Shown here piece after piece: positions 10,250 to 18,486 of a stretch of 64,000 nucleotides of DNA (positions are counted from its first letter, which is position 1; each line of letters begins with the position of its first letter). The notes beneath the pieces are model-generated. The model made no database searches. It saw only the letters and a program-made list of their open reading frames with translations, and had not been told where the DNA came from. The position numbers and the translations under genes are program-made. Source of the DNA: Candidatus Multivoradales bacterium (GTDB lineage: Bacteria; Acidobacteriota; Thermoanaerobaculia; Multivoradales; J023); NCBI GenBank assembly GCA_965248925.1, contig CBDFLE010000006.1:832001-896000 (forward strand). Reading direction: 5' to 3'.

Positions 10250-12023
10250 CCACCTCTGAGGGGCGGTCCTGTGTTTTCAGAGGGTTAGGAGGGGTAGGTC
10301 AGGAGGTCTGGAGTCAGCCCGTTCATTGGATCAAAGGGGTCGCGCAGCAGAGGATGGCCGGGCAAGATGCGCTTGAGCCATACGAAGAAGAAGTCGGAAA
10401 GGTCCGCGTAGGGAACCGCAAAGTAGTAAGGCGGATCCGTGAACCAAACCCCGGCGGACTGGTCCGGCAGCGGGTGATCCGTAGCATCGGCGAGTTGAAC
10501 TATCCCTTTTGAAGAGCGCGGTGACGCTTCGACGATTTTGGCAACGATGTCATAACCAGACTTCCAGTTGCCTGGCGCCTTGGCAATGGGAACGACCTCG
10601 GCAAAGTCCCACACCATCGGTAGGGCTTGGCGCCCAAATGTATGCTGCATTTTCTCGGCGGTCGCGTTCCAACGCGTGCAAGACATCCCACTCATGGCAA
10701 CGCGGCTCAACGCGCAGGCCAGTAGTTCCGACATTGCCTGTTCTTCAGTGTCCACCGCGAGTGCAATTATTCTTCCCAAGGTGATCAGTGCCACCTTTTG
10801 CCGTGCCGTGAAAAGGTCGCCCCAGGTATTCACTCCGTAGAGCGGCACGTTGAAGGTCCCGCTCATTAGTGGGAGTGTTTCATCCGGCACCGGGCACAAC
10901 CCCTGCTTACCACTACGTTCCCACTTTGCGAGGATCTCCGCAACACGCCCCTGCGCCTGGCACACTGCCGCGTAGTCACCTGCGGTCGGCAATCGAAAGT
11001 GCCGGCCCTTCTCGCCGGGCCTGAGCGTGACCACCGCCGATATCCTTGCCCCGCCTGTACGATTGCCTTCGGTGTCGAAGACTGCATCCGCGCCGCCGTT
11101 CTGGGCCGAGAGCTGTGCTCGCACCCGCTCCGGCGGAAGCACGCCACCACAGCAAGGGCAGCTCGCCTTGGCGCGGGTCACGGTGCCCGGCGCAACTTCC
11201 TTGTCGCTAGAGGGTTGGAAGATCTCGAATTCCACCCGCGGCGGCTGGCCCTTTGGTCGTACCGCCCTGATGCGTAGCGCCTGCCCACAAACAGCCTTCT
11301 TCTTGCATAGCCACAGCGAACGCAAGAGCGGAATCTCCGTCCCACAGTTGGGCGACTCGCACCGAACCGTCCGTGCCCAGAGATAGGCGATCGGCGTCGA
11401 ACCATCAGAGTCGGCCGGGTAGAGGGCACCCAGTTGCTTACCAGCAGCTTCGTTGATCTCGTCGCCTACTTTGCGCAGCTTCTTTGCCAGCTCTGGTCCA
11501 TGGTGTGGAATGCTCTTTAAGAGTACCTTGAGGATTAAGCAGGCTACGGGATTGAGATCGGTAGCGAAGGCCTCACAAGCAAGCCGCAATGCCTCCAGCG
11601 GGATCGATCCACCGCCGGAGAAGGGATCAACCACCAACGGTGTTTCCTCCGGGTGGGCGGCGCGGATAAGGTTGCGAGCGACCTTGAGATAGATAGGGTG
11701 AGAGGACATGTCCCAGCTGGCGAACGATCCGATGAACCAGAGTAGAGCTCTCTGAAGCTCTACGTCACCCGTGGGCGCCTGCCGCACTTCGCCCAAAACC
11801 CGCCGTGCCTGAATCTTGAACTCCTCCGGGCAGTGAGTGTCACACGGGTCGGGCAACAGTAGCGCCATTAGCACAGCCCGCGAAGACGCCAGTGGTCGCC
11901 GCGCCCACCACAGGTGCAACATCGAGGGATGTCCCTTTGGTCCCGACTTCCCCCGCGCCGCGTGCTTCGAAACCTCGGCGATCGGAAAGTCGACTTCGGC
12001 CAAGCGTTTGCACTGCTTGGGGA

Positions 12024-13169
12024 TCACTCGGCGTCTCCTTCAAGCAAGGCGGCTCGGCGCTCCTCGAGCACGGCCCGCGTCCGCTCGATCTCGGCGATCA
12101 GCTCGGTCTCATCGGGCAAGGCCGTGCGGTACTCCGCGGCCATGACTTGGTTGGGCAGACCCTCCAGTGCGTAATGTGCCACGGCGGCATCTCGTTCGGC
12201 GCACAGGATCAAGCCCACCGGCGGGTTCTCGCCCGCGTGGGTCCAGTGCTGGCGGGCGTAGTTGAGATACAGGTGCATCTGCCCCGCGTCGGCGTGGGTG
12301 AAGGCCCCAATCTTTAGGTCGATGACCACCAGGCAGCGCAGCCGCCGGTGGAAGAAGATCAGGTCCACGCGATACCAGGCAGCGCCCACCCGCAGGCGCT
12401 TTTGGCGCCCGATGAAGCAGAAATCGCTGCCGAGTTCCAGCAGGAAGGTTTCCAAATGCTGGATCAGGGCGGCTTCGAGATCGCTCTCGGAGTACTCGTC
12501 CTTGAGGTCGAGAAACTCCAAGACGAAGGGATCCTTGATCGCCTCCTGCGGAGTGACGGCTTCCTCGGGCAGAGCTTTCTGCCCCTTCCCCAGCATGGTC
12601 GCCTTGTCCTTCGACAGAGCCGTGCGCTCGTAGAACTGAGAGTCGATCTGGCGTTTCAGTTGGCGCACCGACCAGCCGCCGCGCAGGGCCTCGGTTTCGT
12701 AGAAACGGCGAGCGTTTTCGTTCTTGACCGAGAGCAGGCGCACATAGGCAGACCAGGGCAGAACAAAGCGGGATTCCTTGCCTGTGGGAGCCAATTCCGC
12801 AGACGACGTCGGCAGAATGTTCCTGGGCCGGGATTCTGCAGACGGTGTCTGCGCAATCCCGCGCCCCTCGGCCTCCGGCCAGGCCAGATAAAAGGCCTTC
12901 ATGTGCCAGAGGTTGCGGACCGAGAAACCCCGCCCATAGCGCGCCGACAAATCGGCGGAGAGACGCTCGACCAGCTGGTCCCTATAGCCGGCACGCTCTT
13001 GCCCACTCTGGTCATGCTCGACAATCCGTTGGCCGATGAGCCAGTAGGCCGTGGTCATGACCGAGTTGACCGTGTGGGCCACCGAGTTTCTGGCCTCTTG
13101 GACAACTCTTGCGAGATCAGCCAGAATCGCCTCGTAGCCATCCTGCTTCGACACGGGTTGGTTCGTCAT
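12024..13169 (-). CDS. YhcG/DUF1016 PD-(D/E)XK nuclease-domain protein
   Basis: YWLIGQRIV, GFSVRNLWHMKAFY, IKDPFVLEFL, FLLELGSDFCFIGRQKR, VDLIFFHRRLRCLVVIDLK. Confidence 0.92.
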   Translation of the reverse strand: MTNQPVSKQDGYEAILADLARVVQEARNSVAHTVNSVMTTAYWLIGQRIVEHDQSGQERAGYRDQLVERLSADLSARYGRGFSVRNLWHMKAFYLAWPEAEGRGIAQTPSAESRPRNILPTSSAELAPTGKESRFVLPWSAYVRLLSVKNENARRFYETEALRGGWSVRQLKRQIDSQFYERTALSKDKATMLGKGQKALPEEAVTPQEAIKDPFVLEFLDLKDEYSESDLEAALIQHLETFLLELGSDFCFIGRQKRLRVGAAWYRVDLIFFHRRLRCLVVIDLKIGAFTHADAGQMHLYLNYARQHWTHAGENPPVGLILCAERDAAVAHYALEGLPNQVMAAEYRTALPDETELIAEIERTRAVLEERRAALLEGDAE

Positions 13170-16100
13170 CCTCCGTCCCCGTAAGTCGATCGATCCTCGC
13201 AGACCTCCATCGGTTGGGTCATCGCATCCACTTTCAAGTAGTAGTGCTGCACCTTGCGGACCTCATGCCAGTCGTACTGAATAGGGTCCAGAATGGGCGT
13301 CTGCAAAGTGGGCTCAGTGGCACAGCTAGTGACGACGTAGAGCCAATAACAGTCGCGACGGTCCTCGGCCACACGCTTCTCGTTGGGCGACCAGAGGATG
13401 GTACCGGTGGCTGCGGCGAGGCCTTTGACCTCGATCAGGCGGATCTCGCCGGATCGCGTGTCGAGGCTGGTGATGTCGTAGCCAAGGTTCTTGGCGCTGA
13501 CGTCCTTCACTTGGCAGCCGCGGTCTCGCTCGTGCTCAATGACGACCGACATCGCGACAGCCTCGGTCTCGAGATTGGGGCGGAGATTCTTGACCTCGCT
13601 CGACTCGCGCTCAGGATGGGGCAAGACCAGCACGCAGGTGAGCCGCTCTACCGCCTGTAACGACAGCGCGCGCTGGCGTCCGAGCTCCTGGCGGCGACGC
13701 TCGCGGCGAGAGAGCAGCTCGGCGTGGCGATTCTCTGCCTTGACCAGACGGCCTTCGGCACCTTGTTTGCCTTCCTCCACCTCGCTAGCAGCGCGGCCAA
13801 TCTCATCGTCGGTGCGCTGCAGCAGCTCGGTGAGCGAGAGCTCGACGTGCTCAGCAATGCACTCGACCTCATTGAGACGCTCCGCTCGAGTCTCCTCGAG
13901 GAAAGGCGTCAGGGCGTTCTCTTGCAGCCAGTCAACGGGATCAGCGGCGGCGGCAATGGAGGGTAGCTCGGCAGGTGCTTCGGCGGGGCTGAAGTTGCCC
14001 AGCGCACTCGGCTCGCGGAGTTCTGGTTCGCCGTTGTCGCAGAGTTCCACGGCGAACAGGTTCTCATGCACGATCCGGCCCAGTCCGTCCACCACACGGG
14101 CGCGGTAGAAGTCGATGCGCGCCGGCTCGTCGTGGGAGAGTGAATGGAAACAGGCGCCGTGGGCGAAGGGTTCCATGGCGCACGCGCGGGTGTGGCGGCG
14201 GATCGACTCGAAGAGCGGGTGGCCGGGGGTGACCCACTCCAGATGGTGCTCGTCCGCGGTCTCGCGGTCGGTGGAGCAGCGGGGGTAGTGGTTGGCGAGC
14301 TCGGGGAGCTTCCAGTCCTCCTCGCGCTCGTAGCGGCGCAGAACGCCAGGCGTGCGGGACGGCTCGAAGGTGTGAGGCAAGCTCTCGATGGGTTTGAGAT
14401 TGAGCGGCACGAACTCGGCCGCCTCGCGGATGAAGCGGGCGATGCTCTCCGGCACCAGGCGGCGCTCCTGGGCACGGGCACGGCGCTCGACCAGCATCTC
14501 CAGGTTGAGCTTCTTGGCGGCGAGGCCCTCCAGGGCGCTTTGGCAGATGGCACGGAAGCGGCTTTCGTCCACGTCTTTCAGGAGCCGATCCTCGAGGTCC
14601 TCGTCGCCGAGCTTGCCTGCGTAATAGTCGCGCAGCACGCGCTCGACGTGGGATGCGGGCAGCACCTCGCCTACGACGTTGAAGACACTGTCGTCGTCCA
14701 GTGCGTCGCGGATCTCCTGCAGCTTGTCGAGCAGGCGCCGCAGGACCCTGCCCTCGATGGTGTTGGTAGCGACGAAGTTGAAGATCAGGCAATCCTCGAG
14801 CTGGCCGTAGCGATGGATGCGCCCCATGCGCTGCTCGAGGCGGTTTGGGTTCCAGGGGATGTCGTAGTTGAAGAGGATGTTGCAGCACTGCAGGTTGATG
14901 CCCTCGCCCGCGGCCTCGGTAGCGACCAGAACCTGGATCTCCCCTTCGCGGAACTGCTGCTCGGTGAAGATGCGCGTCCCAGGCTGGTCGCGCGAGCCGG
15001 GCTTCATACCTCCGTGGATGACGCCGACGCGGAAACCCCATGATTCCAGGTTCTCGACCAGGTAATACAGAGTGTCCTTGAACTCGGTGAAGAGCAGCAG
15101 GCGCCGGTCGGGATGGTCGAAGAAACCCTCGCTCTCGAGCAAGGCTCTCAACTTAACAAGCTTGGCCTCGGCGCCGCTCTGCTCGACGCCTTCGGCCTCT
15201 TCCGCCAGCTCACGTAGCTCGGCGATCTCCTGGTGAACCTGGTCGGCGTTACCTGCCAGGGTGACGGCCTCGAGTAGGCGTTCGAGCTGCTCGCGCTCGG
15301 CATCTTCCATCTCTTCGATCTCTTCCCAATCGGGCAAGTCCGGAGCAGCGGTGCTGGCAAGGCTCTGAGCCTCCTTCAACCCCTTGTCGAGCCGTTTGGC
15401 ACGGTTCTCGAGACTGCGCCGCATGGCGCGGGTGCTGGAGGCGAGGCGGCGCTGGTAGAGGGCCATCAGAAAGCCGACGGCCCGAGCGCGTGGGTCGTCA
15501 CTCTGGGCCGCGGCGCGGGCGCTCTGACGTTTCACGAAGCGGGTAATCTCGCGGTACAGCTCGAACTCTTCGCCATCGATGGTGAAGGCCACCGTGTGCG
15601 GGATGCGCCTGGTGAAGATCTTGCGGGCTTCCCAGGTTCCGTCGTCGCCTCGCTCGGGGAAGTAGACCATCGCCTCCTTGGTGCGGCGCAGGTAGAAGGG
15701 CGCGCGCTGGCGGCTCATGGCCTCGCGAATCGAGCGCACGTCGGCGTATGCATCTCGGTCGAGGAGCTGCAAGAAGAGGGTGAAATTGACCGGATCCCCC
15801 TTGTGGGGCGTGGCGGTGAGCAGCAGGTAGTGGTCGGATGTGTCGCGCAGCAGCTCGCCCAGCTTGTAGCGCAGGCTCTTATGCGTCGCGTCGCGGGCCG
15901 ACATGCGGTGGGCCTCGTCGACGATGACGAGATCCCAGTGGACCTGGCGTAGCCCGGGCAGGACGTCGTCTCGCTTGGCGAGGTCAAGGGAAGTGATGAC
16001 CTTCTTCTGCTCGATCCACAGGTTGACACCGAACTGATCGCGCAGGTCGCTGCCCTTGAGCACCAGGAACTTTTCGTCGAATTTCTCCTTGAGCTCGCGC

Positions 16101-16600
16101 TGCCACTGGAAGGCGAGGTTGGCGGGAGCGACGATGAGGATGCGCTCGGCGAGACCGCGCAGCTGCAGCTCGCGGATGAGGAGTCCCGCCATGATGGTCT
16201 TGCCTGCGCCCGCGTCATCGGCGAGCAGAAAGCGGACCCTGGCGAGCTTCAACAGATGGTCGTAAACAGCCTCGAGTTGGTGAGGAAGAGGATCGACCCT
16301 GGAAATCGACAGACCAAAGTAGGGGTCGAATTCCCAAGCAATTCCGAGGGCAAATGCCTGTAGGCCGAGACGCAGAAGCCTACCGTCGCCATCGTAGCCA
16401 AATCCCGGCTGGTAAATGGAAAGGGAGGCGAGATCCTCCGCTGTCAGCTTGACTTTGCGAAAAAGCTCAGTCCGGGTACCAACGAGGCCAGCCATCCAGG
16501 AACCATCGGCACACTCGCGCACGGTCTCTACTCGCATCGGTTCGCTGAATAGGGCCCCTTCGAGGATCTGGGATTCCTGGAGAAAGCAAGCAATACTCAT
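13166..16600 (-). CDS. SNF2-family helicase with C-terminal DUF3883-like nuclease domain
   Basis: LLADDAGAGKT, IVDEAH, LTATPH, ATEAAGEGINLQ, WNPNRLEQRMGRIHRYGQ; C-terminal GYDITS...RLIEVKG. Confidence 0.9.
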   Translation of the reverse strand: MSIACFLQESQILEGALFSEPMRVETVRECADGSWMAGLVGTRTELFRKVKLTAEDLASLSIYQPGFGYDGDGRLLRLGLQAFALGIAWEFDPYFGLSISRVDPLPHQLEAVYDHLLKLARVRFLLADDAGAGKTIMAGLLIRELQLRGLAERILIVAPANLAFQWQRELKEKFDEKFLVLKGSDLRDQFGVNLWIEQKKVITSLDLAKRDDVLPGLRQVHWDLVIVDEAHRMSARDATHKSLRYKLGELLRDTSDHYLLLTATPHKGDPVNFTLFLQLLDRDAYADVRSIREAMSRQRAPFYLRRTKEAMVYFPERGDDGTWEARKIFTRRIPHTVAFTIDGEEFELYREITRFVKRQSARAAAQSDDPRARAVGFLMALYQRRLASSTRAMRRSLENRAKRLDKGLKEAQSLASTAAPDLPDWEEIEEMEDAEREQLERLLEAVTLAGNADQVHQEIAELRELAEEAEGVEQSGAEAKLVKLRALLESEGFFDHPDRRLLLFTEFKDTLYYLVENLESWGFRVGVIHGGMKPGSRDQPGTRIFTEQQFREGEIQVLVATEAAGEGINLQCCNILFNYDIPWNPNRLEQRMGRIHRYGQLEDCLIFNFVATNTIEGRVLRRLLDKLQEIRDALDDDSVFNVVGEVLPASHVERVLRDYYAGKLGDEDLEDRLLKDVDESRFRAICQSALEGLAAKKLNLEMLVERRARAQERRLVPESIARFIREAAEFVPLNLKPIESLPHTFEPSRTPGVLRRYEREEDWKLPELANHYPRCSTDRETADEHHLEWVTPGHPLFESIRRHTRACAMEPFAHGACFHSLSHDEPARIDFYRARVVDGLGRIVHENLFAVELCDNGEPELREPSALGNFSPAEAPAELPSIAAAADPVDWLQENALTPFLEETRAERLNEVECIAEHVELSLTELLQRTDDEIGRAASEVEEGKQGAEGRLVKAENRHAELLSRRERRRQELGRQRALSLQAVERLTCVLVLPHPERESSEVKNLRPNLETEAVAMSVVIEHERDRGCQVKDVSAKNLGYDITSLDTRSGEIRLIEVKGLAAATGTILWSPNEKRVAEDRRDCYWLYVVTSCATEPTLQTPILDPIQYDWHEVRKVQHYYLKVDAMTQPMEVCEDRSTYGDGG

Positions 16601-16783
16601 CCAGAGTCTTCTTCTATCTTACTGCTATTCATGTACTCTTTCCGCGGAAGCTGAATAGGGTTCTTCGTACTCCAGCGCTGCAACAAGATCTGCGAGTCTC
16701 ATCTTACTGGAAACGCCAAGGATTCGATCTCGCGCTCCTGGGTCGGCCGTCGTCACCACCGTCTCCTCCACCACACCTCCACT

Positions 16784-17419
16784 GAAATCGACGGCAAAAA
16801 GCACGAGCCGATGGAAATGCTGGTAATCGACACTCCCGAAGAGCACATCGGCGTGCTGACCCAGAAGCTCGGACCACGCAAAGGCAAGATGCTGAAAATG
16901 GCCAGCTATGGCTCGGGCCGAGTGCGGCTCGAATTCCGGGTACCATCGCGGGGCCTGATCGGCTTCCGCACCGAGTTCCTCACCGACACCCGCGGCACCG
17001 GCATCATGAACCACCGCTTCGACGGCTGGGAGCCCTGGCAGGGAGACATCCCCCACCGCTCCACCGGCTCGCTGGTCGCTGACCGCGCTGGCAAGACCAC
17101 CTCCTACGCGATCGAAAACCTCCAGCCCCGCGGCACCCTGCTGGTCGGTCCCACCACCGAAGTCTACGAAGGCATGATCGTCGGCGAGCACTCCCGTTCC
17201 AACGACCTCGATGTCAACATCACCAAAGAAAAGCGGCTGAGCAACATGCGCTCCTCCACTTCCGACATCTACGAACGCCTGGTCCCCCACCGCCGCTTAA
17301 GCCTCGAACAGGCCCTGGAGATGATCCGCCAAGACGAAGCGGTCGAGGTGACGCCGAAGAGCTTCCGCCTGCGCAAGAAGCTGCTGCGAGCGGTGGATCG
17401 CAAGCGCAAGAATCGCTAA
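16784..17419 (+). pseudogene. typA: 3' fragment of translational GTPase TypA/BipA
   Basis: [11 protein letters not shown]...[26 protein letters not shown]...[19 protein letters not shown]...LSLEQALE...[12 protein letters not shown]; the G domain is absent upstream. Confidence 0.85.
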
Positions 17420-17449
17420 GGGTGGACAGGGCAGCGCCCACAAGACGCC

Positions 17450-17479
17450 TTGCCCATCACACAACGTCTTGTGTAAGCT
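17450..17479 (+). promoter_or_regulatory. Probable vapBC promoter/operator
   Basis: TTGCCC...TAAGCT overlapping the palindrome ACACAA-CGTC-TTGTGT (17459-17474); GGAGG RBS follows. Confidence 0.45.
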
Positions 17480-17497
17480 AATGCCGAGGAGGTCACC

Positions 17498-17704
17498 ATG
17501 GCGACGAACTTGGCTTTGGACGACACGCTGATTCAGGAGGCTGTTGAGGTAGGCCATCACCGGTCCAAGAAGGCAGCGGTCACCGCGGCGCTTGATGAGT
17601 ACGTCAAGAGCCGTCGACGGCTGGCCATTCTCGACTGGATGGGTCGCGTCGATTACTACGCCGACTACGATCACAAGCAGCTGCGCCGGGCCAGCTCAGA
17701 GTGA
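17498..17704 (+). CDS. vapB: VapB-family antitoxin
   Basis: MATNLALDDTLIQEA...SKKAAVTAALDEYV RHH-like; overlaps the downstream PIN gene. Confidence 0.85.
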   Translation: MATNLALDDTLIQEAVEVGHHRSKKAAVTAALDEYVKSRRRLAILDWMGRVDYYADYDHKQLRRASSE

Positions 17705-18117
17705 TTGTCCTAGTCGACACCACGATCTGGTCCCTGGCGCTTCGCCGGCGGCCTGGCGTTCTGGGGTCAGGCGAACGATTGCTGGTCGAGGAGTGGGTTC
17801 GGCTAGTGCGCTCTGGCGAGGCGGTTCTGATCGGCCCGATCCGCCAAGAGATCCTCTCGGGAATCCGCTCCCAGCGTAGCTTTGATGCGATACAAGAGAG
17901 CCTCGGCGATTTCAGATATGTCGAGATCCTAGCTACCGATTACGATCAGGCGGCCTGCTTTTTCAACCGTTGCCGCAGCCATGGCATTGCTGGCACAGCG
18001 GTCGATCTCCTGATCTGTGCCGTAGCTCACCGCGTCGACATCCCAGTCTTCACCACCGACGGCGACTTTCGCCGCTATGCACCGCATGTCGGGATCCGCT
18101 TGCACGGCTCGGCCTGA
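17701..18117 (+). CDS. vapC: VapC PIN-domain toxin
   Basis: VLVDTTIWS, QEILSG, VDLLICAVA, FTTDGDF PIN acidic motifs. Confidence 0.9.
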   Translation: MIVLVDTTIWSLALRRRPGVLGSGERLLVEEWVRLVRSGEAVLIGPIRQEILSGIRSQRSFDAIQESLGDFRYVEILATDYDQAACFFNRCRSHGIAGTAVDLLICAVAHRVDIPVFTTDGDFRRYAPHVGIRLHGSA

Positions 18118-18184
18118 TCTGTCTTTCGCTCCTGAGCCTGCGAAGGTCCTTGGGGGGCCCGAGGAGTCCAGAGAACTTCCCTCA

Positions 18185-18436
18185 TCACTCGAGGCCGAGC
18201 CGCCGCCTGGCCTCCTGGTGGGAGACGTGCAACCCACCCTTGGCCTGACGGCGAGCCTCTGTGAGGCCACCGTCAATGTCATCGTCATCAGACTCATCAT
18301 CGGCTGGAGCTGAACGCAGCGCGCGGAGAACCGGGTCCGTGGTAGTTCGAAGAGCCTCCGGGACGCGCTGCACCTTCGGCAGGTTGCCTTCCGGCAGATC
18401 GTCGGCGATTCGAAGAAGAACTTTTCGTGCAGTCAT
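18185..18436 (-). CDS. Small antitoxin-like protein (83 aa), paralog of 31881-32132
   Basis: MTARKVLLRIADDLPE...acidic tract...HVSHQEARRRLGLE; followed by a frameshifted RelE-like start. Confidence 0.55.
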   Translation of the reverse strand: MTARKVLLRIADDLPEGNLPKVQRVPEALRTTTDPVLRALRSAPADDESDDDDIDGGLTEARRQAKGGLHVSHQEARRRLGLE

Positions 18437-18486
18437 GACAGGTGGTCCGCGGGGACACTCGCCGGGCGAACCTGCATTACCACTCT

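Larger units (their letters stand above)
7782..10310 (-). mobile_element. Insertion sequence with large DDE transposase (family unassigned, IS4-like catalytic signature)
   Basis: IRs CAGAACTCCTGACATACCC / revcomp CAGACCTCCTGACCTACCC; GAGTC duplicated at 7777-7781 and 10311-10315 (alternative reading: 3-bp AGT with ends 1 bp longer). Confidence 0.88.
6548..12027 (-). pseudogene. DUF1156 adenine DNA methyltransferase with Zn ribbon, interrupted by IS
   Basis: LHLWWARRPL, VVDPFSGGGSIPLEA (motif I), CxxC Zn ribbons, FTDPPYY (motif IV), and VFAHKTTEGWE in the distal part. Excising 7782-10310 plus a 5-bp TSD restores ...DPMNGLTPKAGELCEM... (~981 aa). Confidence 0.88.

Noticed and set aside
16625-17290. 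221-aa minus-strand ORF
   Set aside because: Mostly antisense to the typA fragment; only the last ~50 codons could be a separate remnant.
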